Shown: piece after piece, positions 28,027 to 41,387 of the stretch
Layout of the letters: every line of letters begins with the position of its first letter
How positions within the stretch are numbered: the stretch's first letter is position 1
Assembly (NCBI RefSeq): GCF_006345805.1
Contig: NC_043006.1
Location: forward strand, 9,982,001-10,046,000
Source of the DNA: Octopus sinensis
Lineage: Eukaryota
Length of the DNA stretch: 64,000 nt
Reading direction: 5' to 3'
The notes under the pieces: generated by a model
Database searches by the model: none
What the model saw: only the letters and a program-made list of their open reading frames with translations
Told to the model about the DNA's origin: nothing
Made by a program: the position numbers and the translations under genes

Positions 28027-28106
28027 TTCCTGAAGAGAAAGACACAATACGGTCTCCTTATTCAATCGGAATTTGGTAAATTGTGGCTTTCGAAACACAT
28101 GTAGAA
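28027..28106 (+). ncRNA. Type I hammerhead ribozyme (inverted copy)
   Basis: CTGAAGA 28030-28036, long stem II closed by G-C, GAAA 28092-28095, GTA ending 28103, stem I ttc/gaa; one mismatch in the stem III palindrome. Confidence 0.75.
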
Positions 28107-28189
28107 TGCAATAAAAGGATTTCTGTTCAATCTTCGTTCAACTCCATTTCTTCAATTCACTAATAATATTATATATATATATATATATC

Positions 28190-28413
28190 TTTTCTCTTTC
28201 ACTCTTTTACTTCTTTCAGTCATGTGACTGTGGCCATGCTGGAGCACCGCCTTTAGTCGATCAAATCGACCCCAGGACATATTCTTTGTAAGCCTAGTAC
28301 TTATTCTATCGGTCTCTTTTTTGCCGAACTGCTAAGTTACAGGGACGTAAACACACCAGCATCGGTTGTCAAGCGATGTTGGGAGGACAAATACAGACAC
28401 ACAAACACGCACA

Positions 28414-28454
<41 letters not shown>

Positions 28455-28613
28455 ACGACGGGCTTCTTTCAGTTTCCGTCTACCAAATCCACTCACAAGG
28501 CTTGGTCGGCCCGAGGCTATAGTAGAATACACTTACCCAGGTGCCACGCAGTGGGACTGAACCCGGAACCATGTGGTTCGTAAGCAAGCTACTTACCACA
28601 CAGTCACTCCTAC
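28190..28613 (-). mobile_element. SINE family 1
   Basis: Reverse complement of head (gggactgaacccggaaccatgtgg) and tail (tttcagtcatgtgactgtggccatgctggagcaccgcc). Confidence 0.88.
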
Positions 28614-28614
28614 G

Positions 28615-28709
<95 letters not shown>

Positions 28710-28710
28710 A

Positions 28711-29388
28711 TTAGGTTGTTCCACATTATGTATACTTTGCATTTAATATTGAGTGTTTTCTCGTATGATTACAAACTAGATCGCTCTGACGCAGAACCTC
28801 TATGGAATATCTGGCGGCCTTTGGTACTGGTTGACATCAGAACTGTTCAGAGATTGTTCCAAAACTCTCGTTCAGGAGATGATAGCCTTGAAAATAAACC
28901 AAGGGGTAGGCGAAAATTAGTTATTTGGCATGATGGATGAAATGCTTTGGTTGAACAAAATCCGAGAACAAAGGTTTCGAAAACTTTCATCAGAACTCCA
29001 GATATATCAAATATATCGCAAAACTGTTTTTTGACAGATGTAAAATATTGGAAAAGTCCAAAAAACAGACATCACATGAACGGCATTCAAAATTTCAGAC
29101 ACCTCGAAGTGTGCTCCTTATTGCTTTCTCGACTGAAAAAATATCATTTTTGCATCAAATGTTTACTTGTGACGATAAATGGATAGTCTTTGAATACAGT
29201 AGGAGAACAGGACATAGATTAGATACAGGAAAATCATAAAGTCACCTAAGCACTACCCAAACCTACCATTGCACCCTTAACAATTAATGGTCACTGTATG
29301 GTGGTCTGCAAAGGGAGTTATTCATTCATTTTTGCAACATGGAGAAACAGTAACAGCAGCATATGACATTTTATGAGAAACAACCTAA
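28711..29388 (+). mobile_element. Internally deleted mariner (DD34D-type) DNA transposon
   Basis: TIRs ttaggttgtt...aacaacctaa followed by TA; decayed transposase RTVQRLF..SGDDSLENKPRG, FLHQMFTCDDKWI, MVTVWWSAKGVIH, GETVTA. Confidence 0.85.
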
Positions 29389-29400
29389 TATATATATATA

Positions 29401-29880
29401 TATATTATTGAGGGTACTACTATTCGTAGATACCAACACGCTAAGAGGGACCAATGCGGTCAAAACTACTAAAAATAAACAAAATTTTACCGAATGCAAA
29501 ACTTCAAAACACATCATTTAAAAAAAGAATTTAGTTACATATCACATGTGATTTCGCAATTAATGCAGAATATGCATTTCATGTTCGTCAGTGCAACAAA
29601 CTCAAGATATATAAGAAAAAAACATAACATTACAAGCTCGATAGCCAACCGTAGAATTCGTCGTAGCATGTACGAATGTTTATCTTTACATATCTATGAA
29701 AATGGCGGGCTCATTCGCAATGCATTTCGGTACCAAATTGTCTATTCGGAATAGACATCTAAAATGATGTGTTTTGAAGTTTTGCATTCGGTAAAATTTT
29801 GTTTATTTTTAGTAGTTTTGACCGCATTGGTCCCTCTTAGCGTGTTGGTATCTACGAATAGTAGTACCCTCAATATAATA
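29401..29880. repeat. Inverted repeat, ~120-bp arms (29401-29520; 29760-29880)
   Basis: tattgagggtactactattcgtagatacc...acatcattt mirrored at the right end. Confidence 0.92.
29534..29597 (-). ncRNA. Type I hammerhead ribozyme-like motif in IR spacer
   Basis: Minus strand: gttgca-CTGACGA-aca..atgca(tattc)tgcat..tgc-GAAA-TCACATGTGAT-A-tgtaac; 6-bp stem I, 12-nt palindromic stem III; stem II closing pair is A.C. Confidence 0.7.
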
Positions 29881-30406
29881 TAAATGAATATTTTCAAAGA
29901 GGAAGAATTTACGGATTTTTTTCTCTTACGAGGTTTTTCACGCTGACTACTGATAATTTCTTTTAAAGATTTTATACTCAATTGTTAATTTATATATATA
30001 TATATATATTATATATATATATATATAATATATATATATATATATACATACATGCATGCATGTATGCGTGTGTGTGTGTGTGTGTGTTTGTGGTGAGCTT
30101 CTATCGCTATAAGTCATGTATAATACTTTGGCATCAACCCTTAGAATTTAGCGCGAATTTTTGTTTAGCTTATTCGCAAATGTTCATGTTATCGTTGATA
30201 TCCAGTTCAAATTTCACAGAAGAAATCTATGCCAAAAACTCTCATTCCGACTAAGAAAATACCTTCTGATTTTGTGCAGAGGAGGACTTTGCTCTAAGCG
30301 TTTTAACGTACGGAATACCGTGTGAATATACGGTGAAGGGACGCGTATTTGTGTTTTGTGCGTGCATGTGTATATGTCAAAGTCGATATATTATGAATTT
30401 AATGTG

Positions 30407-30443
<37 letters not shown>

Positions 30444-30817
30444 CAGACATAAACACACACACACACACACACACACCACATATTATATATATATATATAT
30501 ATATATATTATAGAGAGAGAGAGAGAGAGAGAGAACATCCAATAGAGCGAAGGGAAAAAAAGGGAAGTTAAAAGAGAAATAGAATAAGAGTTGTATCAAT
30601 GGTGTGTGTATGTGTGAGCGCGCACGTGCGTGTGTGTGTGTCTCCGTGTGTATGTTTATGTGTCTTTCAGTATATAGAAAACGCAGTACGGACGTTAAAA
30701 ATCTTACGTTGAATAAAAGAAGGGAGGAGAAAAGTTTGTTGTTGTCAGAGAAATACTGTGAGAGAGAAAGAGAGAGGAAGATAGTGTGTCTGTTTGTGTG
30801 TGTGTGCGCGCGTGCAT

Positions 30818-30819
<2 letters not shown>

Positions 30820-30911
<92 letters not shown>

Positions 30912-30967
30912 CATATTAGATAGATAAATAGATAGATAGATAGATAGAAAGATATATATATATATAT

Positions 30968-31026
<59 letters not shown>

Positions 31027-31031
31027 TATAA

Positions 31032-31072
<41 letters not shown>

Positions 31073-31108
31073 CAGACAGATTAGATAGATAGATAGATAG
31101 ATAGATAT

Positions 31109-31157
<49 letters not shown>

Positions 31158-31160
31158 TAT
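30820..31160. repeat. (GATA)n microsatellite
   Basis: Direct reading. Confidence 0.97.
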
Positions 31161-31544
31161 ATAGATAGATTTATTGATATGTATGTATCACTATACGAAC
31201 TATGAAGTTAGGATTAAGAACGCAGGAATTTTAAGTGCAGTTCTGTGATTATTTTAAATAAATGATATTGTTCAACAGTACTCAAACTGTTGATAATGTA
31301 TGTGTGTGTACGCGTGTGTGTGTGTACGTGCGTGAGTGTGGTTGTATTTGGAGAGATAAAGGTTGATTTCTAACAAAGCAAGCAATAGATTTTGAATTAC
31401 GAGATTTGTCGGTCTTTGAATATATGTGGTTGAGTTGGTGTATTGATAGAGCTCTCGGTGCACACACATCTCTTCGCCTAAAAGATCTTACGTTGAGTTT
31501 TGGCGATTCCGCGTCAATTTCTTTTGGTCCTTGTTCTACGTATG

Positions 31545-31545
31545 C

Positions 31546-31576
<31 letters not shown>

Positions 31577-31593
31577 TGTATGTATTATGTATG

Positions 31594-31687
<94 letters not shown>

Positions 31688-31692
31688 CCTAC

Positions 31693-31755
<63 letters not shown>
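31545..31755. repeat. (TATG)n plus (TATC)n microsatellite
   Basis: Direct reading. Confidence 0.97.
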
Positions 31756-31756
<1 letters not shown>

Positions 31757-31969
31757 GTGTTTATGTATATGAATTCGCAAATATATATATGTGTGTGTGT
31801 GTTTGTGTGTTTGGTGTTTTTATGAAATTTTCCGAACCTTTGTTCTCGTATTTGTTCAACCAAAGTAATCCATCATATGTATCTATGTATGCGTGTTTGT
31901 ATATGAAATTCACAAATATATATATATATATATTATATATATATATATATTATATATATATATATAATA

Positions 31970-32182
31970 TATTGGAGATGTACTCGCATAGCAAGTGATT
32001 TGATCTGAGATCGTGTGCTGAAACGAAAACAATTGCAGCGTGGAAGATGTTGTAAGCCATTTAAGAAAAACACAAAAGCCGTTCGATTCACTTCAACGTT
32101 TAAGTTTAATTTGACAAAATATTTTCGTCGCTAAAATCCGCGAACTGTTCACTGACAAAAATCCGTGCTGCATCCGTGTTTT
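31970..32182 (-). mobile_element. Short non-coding repeat between (TA)n tracts carrying a variant HHR-like fold
   Basis: About 210 bp of complex sequence bounded by TA repeats; see finding at 32111-32158. Confidence 0.5.
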
Positions 32183-32191
32183 ATATATATG

Positions 32192-32256
<65 letters not shown>

Positions 32257-34079
32257 GTGTGTGCGTGTGTTTTTGTCCGCCCATGTGTGTGCATATTTCG
32301 ATAGGGTGTATGAATGGAGTCTGAATAGCTCGTATCGCAGCTGATATTTTTGAAACAGACTACTCTTTCCTATGAATGAACTTTGAATCGCTACATCGTT
32401 TGTTTTCTGATATATTTTTCCATAATATCTATTTTATCTCCAAATATTTGTTAATGGAGCAGGCCTCTTTACAGGTTACAACCTACCGGCGGATATTGTT
32501 TACCTTGTATTTTGTTGACCCCTAAAGACGCAAAGAACAAACTGACGTCATTTAATGTTGTCTCGTTGCTAGGAGATACTTTAGTGCAGTGAATCAGAAA
32601 GCCTCAAAGTCTCCATTTTATAACTATACACCACAGCAAAGAAACCTCCTAAAATCCTATTTAGATGCCACACCATTCTAATTCTAGCTTTCTTCTACGA
32701 ACCGTCTTTCAGCACCGGTTAATTTTGAAAATATCTATCCACTACAGCCACCTTCACAATACCAAGAGAGCAACCTGTTCTTAAATGCTCAGAACAGCAG
32801 CGTCTCTCTATATCAGACGTACCAAGCACGCGAAGATTTGCCGGCTATTTTCGGTATTTGAATGGAAGCTATTAAAAGAACATTCAAATGTTATTGTTCT
32901 CTCACTTATTCTATCTTGAAACTACTATTTCACTCTGATATTTTTAGGCATTTTAAATGGTTCTGCTAGAATAAAAAAAAGCGTCTTCTGACTCGTAGTC
33001 GTTGACTTAATTTAATTTATCGTAAAACAAACCTGACGACGACAGACAATAATGTCTGTTACGAAGACATATTTCCCCGCTTTCACACGATACTTTTTTA
33101 CTTCCTGCATGGCAGTTTATTTTTACAGTAATTTCATTCTCTAAGCCACTCAATAGAAAAATCATTAAGCTTGTGACAGTTCACAATGTCGTTTTAATAA
33201 GCAGTACATAACATATAGGAAACACACTATACATTCTTCTACTTGGTGTTTCACTTACTTTTTATCTTGCATATCATAAAGAACTCTTTTGTTTTTGTAT
33301 GCAAGCTTGCATTTTCTCGGATTGTAAGACACTAAAACGAAATGGTATCGCCTGTGTTTTTATACATTAATTTTAAACCAACTGCCCTAAGTTATTTCAT
33401 TTTCCCATGTTTTGGGACGATATTTATTACAAAAAAAAAATAAATATAAATATATTTACTTACCATCGACACAAAAACAACCATTTTGCGTTCTGACATA
33501 TTTTCATTTGGAATCTATATCTTTTCTGAATTTTTATCTCAGTTAAACTGTTTGTTGTCTGTTTTTGGAAATGTTCTTTTAAGACTATTTAATCAGGAAT
33601 ATGTATCTGTATAGCATTAGCCATTCTCGAAACGACGTATCAAATTTGATATGGCAGTGCTATAATTTCTGTAAAGACGTTCATTCTCAAGAAAAATATC
33701 ACACACACACACATATACACATACTCACACATTAATTTTAGTTTCTTTCTTTCTTTCAACCCCCGTACTTAGTTTTTAATTGCTTCCACTTTTATCGGTT
33801 AGTTTTACAGTACAACTATATTACATACATATAAACATTTCAGCACATGCTGTCAAGTGTGTGCTCGGGGCAAACACAAAGACACCCACGTAGACACCCC
33901 TCCACACACACATTGAACATACATAAATCTTTGTAAGAACTATTTTTCATAAAATTATTGGCGGAGTGCACTTATCGTGCTTTCTAGAAATCTCGAAACA
34001 ACTATGTTATTCATATATATATGTAGAATTGTGTCTTACTTTGGTGTCTTAATCCTAGCATGGTTTTCGAATAGGTGAA

Positions 34080-34215
34080 AGCTACCTGACAGCTCTTACA
34101 GTATTACGACTTGAAGCAGTTGGTCAACAACTCAAATGTGCACATGATACACCTCGCCTTTGTAATAGCCTTTCATAAAGTTGAGCACGGTACAATATGT
34201 CACAAGCCACTACAC
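34080..34215 (+). mobile_element. Decayed RT fragment of LINE family A
   Basis: LLQYYD..KQLVN...AFHKVEHGTICHK, collinear with 8130-8250. Confidence 0.7.
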
Positions 34216-35097
34216 ATTTCTCTATAAATACGCATGTTATTTTTAAAATACCACTTAACCACCAACGATGGCTGTATACATCAAGATCGAGCTATTACCT
34301 CACCTGTTTGATACATGTTTAAAATATTACCTGAAGAGCGTTGATTTTATGATGATGTAACGTATGAATACAAATATAAATTAATAAATGTAATTGATCT
34401 TATATACCTTTGATTTCTAGATAGAAGTAGACAGAAAATAACACTTACTGACCAAAGAGAGAAAAATATTGTTACACTGTGTTATTGTTCATTTAAATAA
34501 CTTATTTGTTAGCAGATGTAACCATACATCTAAATCTACATAATGGGATACTATCCGTAGCATTTTTTTTTTTACCGAAACTTAGTATTTTGATAAATAA
34601 CGTTCTTATGATGAAGATTCTAGGCTCACGGTACTGTGCTCAATATCACAAGGTTAATGTTTGATTCCAGCACCCGATGTGTGAGTTAGTGCGTGACAGA
34701 GAGAGAGTCAACGGTGGCGAATAAGCATCATAAGCCGTATATGAGTACCGGATTTCTACCCCTCTAATTACCTTCTCCTTCTTTACCATACATAGTTGAC
34801 TAATAGGGGCAATATTTTTGTTGAAATCTATTTGGTATATGAGAGAACCGTAAGAAGCGGTTGTTATTGCTTTTATTGTTCCTGTTGCTGCTGTTAATGC
34901 TGCTGATGTTAATTCTGCTTTTGTCATTGTTGCTTAAGAAAAACAATCAGCATTATATACAGATGTATTTCACGCGTCTTTACTCTGAGATTCCGCCAAA
35001 AAGACACGCAAGACAATTTATGTTCGTATGATGCATTTTGAAAACTTTGCAACCAGTAGAAAGTCATGTCAGTGTGTGCGTGTGTGTGTGTGTGTGT

Positions 35098-35132
<35 letters not shown>

Positions 35133-36834
35133 GAGAGTGAGAGGAAATAAGTCAACAGTCGCGAAGAAGCATCCTCGTTGGCAGTATGTTGTCAGAATCA
35201 CAAGTAACTGAAAACAGATGTTTTCTACCTTTCACTCATATGAAATACAAATGTGACGAGTACTCAACATTTCATAAGTTCATAAATATCTTTCACGTTT
35301 CAGCAGCTATCACGCTACTATATTATACAGGCTACAGCTTTATCCATTATTTGACCTTTTAGTAGCAAATGTCCTTAACAATCTCCAGATGAGAAGGAAA
35401 TTGTAACCTTAGATCAAATATTGATTCCGAAGAGTATATTTCTCCGAAGAAGCTTATGCAATTCTCAAAAAATTTTGAATTTACACTACCACCTTTGCCT
35501 TCGCTATACGGAGAGCTTTTATTTTACATCAACTAAAATCTTACACATGAAGCAGAAAAGGTCTGATATCTTAACAATGCTAGTATTTTCTGAAGAATAT
35601 ATAATTGGAGATTTGTGTTAAAAATTTAAAAATTTATCACGGGTTTATAACAGAAATGTACAGCCGATTTTATTGACTCCAGAGCCTTTCTGTAATTTCA
35701 TCAGACTAAGTGATAACAAATATAATCTCCCTTGTGTGTAAAATACAAAAATCTAAACTAGCGAAAATATATGTAACGTCAGTGTAGTGTCTCTTTGCTA
35801 ATCTTTTAAGAGGCTGTTCAAATATAAGAAATTGTACCCATGCCTCAGCATTATAATAACTGTTTCATTATAGTGAGACAATAACTTTCTGTGAGATTTT
35901 GTTAAAAGATTATTAGCCCTAACAACTCCCGGAAAATATAATTAAATGGAAGAGATTTCGTGAAAACTGTCAAGAAATCAATAATTATAATACGTTTTAT
36001 ATTCTGTACAAAATAGTGTAAGTATGTTCTTAGAGAACCGTAAAGTTTTCACCTGATAAAGGGAAGCTAGACGAGAAAAATAATATATTTGTTAAAAGTG
36101 ATATATCACAGCAACCGAATCATTATACTATGGTGTTATTCATATGTCAGTAGTGAAAGGGAAATCGTATTTATTTACCTTATCTCTCCGCGGTCACTAG
36201 AGATTACATTCCTTAGCAGGCTACATCTTATTAATTTAAAGTATTTTCACTTTTACTTAAATGTTGTGAAGATAAACAGAACACAACACGTAAATTAGGA
36301 AAATATCTAAATAGAAAAAATAATACCAAAAGTCAGACTATCTGATCGATCACATCACCAACATGTCACTTTTTTTATCATCTAAATAATTGATCATAGA
36401 AAAACGGTTCCCGAGATAGAGAGAGAGAGAGAGAGAGAGAGACGTATTAAGAGAGAGTGGGGAGAGAGAAAGTGAGAAAGAGAGAGAGAGAGGTCCAGCA
36501 AGAAAACTGACAGGAAAAAAAATCCGGAGCAAACATTTTAGAGTATACAAACGCATATCAATTTATAAACCATATAGAGTTAATCATATATGGAGACGAA
36601 ACTCCACCAATATAGACCTGTGATTAATTGGTATTGTTTCATTCTGGCCATTAGCCTACTTAATCAGCTGTCAAGAATAATCTCTACGGTATCCTTCCAT
36701 TAAACCTAAATGATTAAAATGTACTGTCATTTATTGCGTATTATCTCATGTTTTGTTGTTCTACAGTAATAATATTATTAATAGAATATGGTTATAAAGT
36801 ATGGTTTAATACTAATCGATATTTCGTCATCATC

Positions 36835-36852
36835 ATATTATTATTATTATTA

Positions 36853-36907
<55 letters not shown>

Positions 36908-36927
36908 CATTAATATTATTATTATCA

Positions 36928-36965
<38 letters not shown>

Positions 36966-37003
36966 TATTATTATTATTATTATCATTAATATTATTATTA
37001 TCA

Positions 37004-37037
<34 letters not shown>

Positions 37038-37070
37038 TTATTATTATTATTGTTGTTGTTATCATTATTG
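36835..37070. repeat. (ATT)n microsatellite
   Basis: Direct reading. Confidence 0.97.
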
Positions 37071-37520
37071 TTTAAGTATAGCATATGATATATCAGCAGA
37101 AATGATGTCCTGAGGTTTGGTGTCGAAAGGTCAACTCAAGACACAGCAATGTTTCTTAGGATTCTCACCGAATACAGGGTTGCACAGTTCTGAAGATCGA
37201 CAATGCGAGTTTCAATTCCAATATCTTCCAATTCCAATACCTGAGCTTCTCAGGTAGTAGTTTCAATGCTGTGGCAAATGCACAAATTACTATAGGCATA
37301 ATTATCATCGTAAAATTCCACTCTCCCAATCTTTCTGGATAGCTGCTAATATTTTACAAAATTCTAAATTTCGTTAGGATCTCTATTATCATATGGTACA
37401 GGGAAACCTAAGATGTTGAGTTTTTTTTTGGTGGGGTCGACATCTATATCTGGTCTTGCTTAAATTGTTTGGTTAGTGTTTATGAAGAAATCTCATAAAA
37501 TCCTGTAATCTCATAAAATC

Positions 37521-37680
37521 CTGCCTTTACGTTCTGAATTCAAATGCCACCGAGATCAACTTTGCCATTCATCCTTTCGGAGTCGATAAATTAAGTACTA
37601 GTTGCGTACTGGGGTCGATCTAATCGACTGATCCCCTCCCCAAACTTTCGGACGTTGTTGTGCCTAGAGTGGAAAAGAAT
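37521..37680 (+). mobile_element. SINE family 2, 5'-truncated
   Basis: gttctgaattcaaat...tttgccattcatcctttcggagtcgataaattaagtac...ggggtcgatc. Confidence 0.8.
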
Positions 37681-37859
37681 ACTTTTTCCAACTAATTTTG
37701 TTTTGTGCACCTAATAGCTTTTTTGTATTTTCTGGTACATTTTCTCTTCCATTTTGCCTTCCATTACCTTATAGTCTTGCAGAATTCGGAGGTGCACTAA
37801 TCGCTAATTAAATTTGATATAATGACATATATGTTGTGGTACTTATACAGCATCTGAAT

Positions 37860-38260
37860 TCATATTTACGATTATCTTCACAATTAACATCAGATGCAAA
37901 ACCTGAATCCCAATATCTACACTAAGTATTCTTATATTTTCGATTTGCGAATTTAAGTTTCTTTTCAATTTCTGTATAAAATTTGACGAAAAATCATAAA
38001 AAAACGTCCGTACTATTACGATATGATTACAAGTGAGATTGACGCAATTATGAAGAGTAATATACGGAGCAAGACACCCTGCAATATATCCCTACCCATT
38101 TTCAAACCACTATTTCTGCATGATAATTCTACATACCACAATTTCGTTTCTTTCAAAAACAAGCTATCTTCTTACTGAACTCGCAAACCCTCAGCTGCTT
38201 TAAGATCCACAAATGTAGAAAATTATCGCAGGCTTTCATGTAGCCCATACAAATATCAGC
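37860..38260 (-). mobile_element. Highly decayed LINE RT remnant (possibly RTE clade)
   Basis: Minus-strand TFVDLKAA (~38200) and DILQGVLLRILLFII (~38070) resemble RT motifs. Confidence 0.4.
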
Positions 38261-38774
38261 TTCCTTCAGCTTTCTTATTCAGACCTCAAATAATATGTTA
38301 TTAACATAGAGTGTATCAACAATAGAAGAAGTATTAGACTTAAAGAAAATAAATATTCTAAGTGTCAAACGTGGAGTAATGTACTAATATGCAAAGCATT
38401 AAAACAGTAGTAATTCTCTTATGATTTTTAAAATAAATCATTAGAGGATCGTGGTGATAAAATTGCAGTGATTTTGGCATAAAATTAATGAGCTAATTGA
38501 AATCTAAAATTCTGTTTAAAAACAAATATATAAAATAATCAAAAGGAAAAAAAAACTTAGCGTTTCAAAAAGGATAGCAAAAGAAATATCAGCTTAACGG
38601 ATCTCGGAAGTAGTGAACTGTATAATTTATGGATGAAATAGTTTGTAGTTTCACATTATCAAGAGGAAATTTGGGACAATGGAGATTTAAGTTACAAATT
38701 TCTCAGATGGTGGTAAGATTCTAATATATACACATACATAGATGCATATATATATATATTATATATTATATATA

Positions 38775-38841
<67 letters not shown>

Positions 38842-39092
38842 ACATGTATATACATACATGGTTTTGCATATACATTTGGCGAAAGATGCGAGTGAAGATG
38901 TGTACGTTTTTCTTGTGATGTATGCGTACGCACGTGGTGTGCAAGCGCACATGTATACGTATGAATAGGCGCACTTACGCTTTAGCTTAATTAGCGGTCA
39001 TTCAAATAGCGCTTTTGTATAAATAGCGATAAATAACACAGTCATTTCCCTTTGTATAAAGGGTCATTTTTCATAGCGTTTTTCCGATGGGC

Positions 39093-39150
39093 GAATAACT
39101 GAAGAGATGGTGGCGTGGATTTTCACATCGGCAACCGAAACTCAGAGTTT
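39093..39150 (+). ncRNA. Hammerhead-like motif, stem I disrupted
   Basis: CTGAAGA 39099-39105 ... GAAA-CTC-A-GAGT-T; same family as 42041-42103. Confidence 0.45.
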
Positions 39151-39192
39151 GGCTACCAAATAATTGTCACATATTATATTTACAGATATACC

Positions 39193-39236
<44 letters not shown>

Positions 39237-39267
39237 GTGTGGTGTGTGTGTGTGTGTGTGTGTGTGT

Positions 39268-39602
39268 GAAGGCGCATGGCTCAGTGGTTAGAGCGTCGAG
39301 CTTACGATCGTGAGGTTGTGACCTCGAATCCCGGACCAGGCTGCGTGTTGTGTTCTTGAGCAAGACACTTTATTTCACGTTGCTCCAGTTCACTCAGCTG
39401 TAGAAATGAGTTGCGACGTCACGAGTGCCAAGCTGTATCGGCCTTTGCCTTTCCCTTGGATAACACTGGTGGCGTGGAGAGGGGAGGCCGGTATGGATGG
39501 GCAACTGCTGGTCTTCCATAAACAACCATGCCCAGACTTGTGACTAGGAGTGTAACTTTCTAGGTGCAATCCCATGGTCAGTGTCGTGACCGAAGGGGGT
39601 CC

Positions 39603-39605
<3 letters not shown>
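39268..39605 (+). mobile_element. tRNA-derived SINE family 4 with CORE-like central domain
   Basis: Head ggcgcatggctcagtggttagagcg...tcgaatccc; gttgtgttcttgagcaagacactttatttc...cagctgtagaaatg resembles the CORE domain; second copy 60045-60368. Confidence 0.88.
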
Positions 39606-39638
<33 letters not shown>

Positions 39639-39689
39639 GTGCGCATTCAACATGTAATACTGAAATAGTGGAGTAGATATGATATCGCT

Positions 39690-39995
39690 ATGGGCTCGCT
39701 CTAGGCAAGAAGTTGAACATTTTTTGCCCATGATACTGCATGGGCCCTAAGTGAGGCATGTATACAATTTGATTGGAATTGGTTGTGTAGTTCTCAAGTT
39801 TTAGGAAATCGTAGTGGAGAAGAATCATAGTGGAGAAGAATCGCCCCAGGCAAAATGTTAAAACAATTTTTTGCCGATGACACTCCTCGGACTCTAAGTA
39901 AGGCATGTGTAAAATTTGAATGAAATTGGTTGAGTAGTACTCACGTTTTAGGGAAATAGACAGACAGACACACGTTCTCAGTTTTATATATATAT
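39690..39995 (+). mobile_element. Possible HINE/Helentron-like 3' portion
   Basis: Two internal subrepeats (ctaag..aggcatgt.taaatttga..gaaattggtt), ends in gacagacagacacac...ttttatatatata like 13496-13890. Confidence 0.45.
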
Positions 39996-40003
39996 AAATA
40001 TGC

Positions 40004-40052
<49 letters not shown>

Positions 40053-40444
40053 TACATGTGTTACGCTGTATCGTGTGTAGTGACACAATCACACACAAGC
40101 ATATGCACACACGGGCGAGGAATCGAAATCATGAACCTATTGGAGGAGTATTTATTTAAGTATAACAGTATGTCATACACACATCGTTATGAGTTTCTTG
40201 AGATTGAGATCAGTAGTTTCGGCATCCAATTCATCATTTCTACAAGATTTTAAAGATCCCTAGTCTCCGCTGTGCGAACTGATAGAAGAATATATTACTG
40301 CTCTTTTTTCGTTGGGTTAAGCCTGAGTCTTGTGGAGCTATAGGTGTTTTCGCTGGTCTAGGAATCGAAACCGTGATTCTACGATTGCGAGCCCACGTAT
40401 GTATGTATGCAATGTATATATCTATATCTATGTATTAATCTATC

Positions 40445-40486
<42 letters not shown>

Positions 40487-41218
40487 TATTATATAGAGGA
40501 AATTACTATACATAAATGCCACACGCTAGGTAGTTTTCCACTTGTCCCTAATGGCTTGGGATAAAAATTGGTCCATTCCCATCTGGAGTGAGGAATACCG
40601 AATGTTTTTATGCACAACCTGCCTTATAAGTAACTCAGACATTCACACATACCTGGTAATGTAACTAATTGACGTGGAAGATTCGTTTTCAAACACGGTC
40701 TGGATCTCACCATCAACTTCAGGTATTCTTTTCTTAGAACGATCAGAGTGAGTTTTTCGAGCTGACGTACCTTCGTTATCACCATTAGACTCGTCCAACT
40801 CTTTCTGAATCCTATGCAATCCTATGCACTGTTCTCAGATTGGCACACAATCACTCTGAAATGTTCGTATTCGAGGTTCTGGCACCAATGCCAAGCATTA
40901 TAGCACGTCAATTCGAAACGTCTGGTAAAGTGAATTGCGCCATCGTGTTGTTTTTCTCACACACGGTGCCAAACCGACCCTACTATACTGTGTAGTCGAC
41001 CAAATAAAATCAAACAAAGCGCATTATCGAAATTAAAAATATAAAATAGCAACCCGTCGCACCTTGGAAACGTACATACATATACATATATATATATATA
41101 TGTTTGGAAGTGTATATTTATATACAGATAGATGTATAAATAGACAGGCAAATATATTTGCACACTCACCTATGCAGTCCTATATGTGTACATATGTATG
41201 TCTGTATGCATGTATATA

Positions 41219-41285
<67 letters not shown>

Positions 41286-41387
41286 TAACAAGTACAAGGA
41301 TAACAAAAAATTCTAGAAAACATTCTCCGCCACCACCGGTCCAGTGAGAAAGAAAAGATAGTCAAAGACTACATAATATACATTCAC

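Larger units (their letters stand above)
26853..28171. repeat. 1.3-kb inverted repeat (arms ~26853-27413 and ~27628-28171)
   Basis: Arms are near-identical reverse complements with a 214-nt spacer; the left arm has a short internal duplication (gcagaaaataatttt). Confidence 0.95.

Noticed and set aside
33033-33070. CTGACGA with strong hairpin then GAAG
   Set aside because: Core mismatch and no stem I or III
34646-34927. 93-aa ORF
   Set aside because: Begins in a degenerate (GCT/GTT) repeat; no recognisable motifs or convincing splice pair
37226-37343. Phase-compatible exon candidate for the 54080 exon (YPERLGEWNFTMIIMP...)
   Set aside because: Weak acceptor, and it lies downstream of and collinear with a decayed LINE RT remnant
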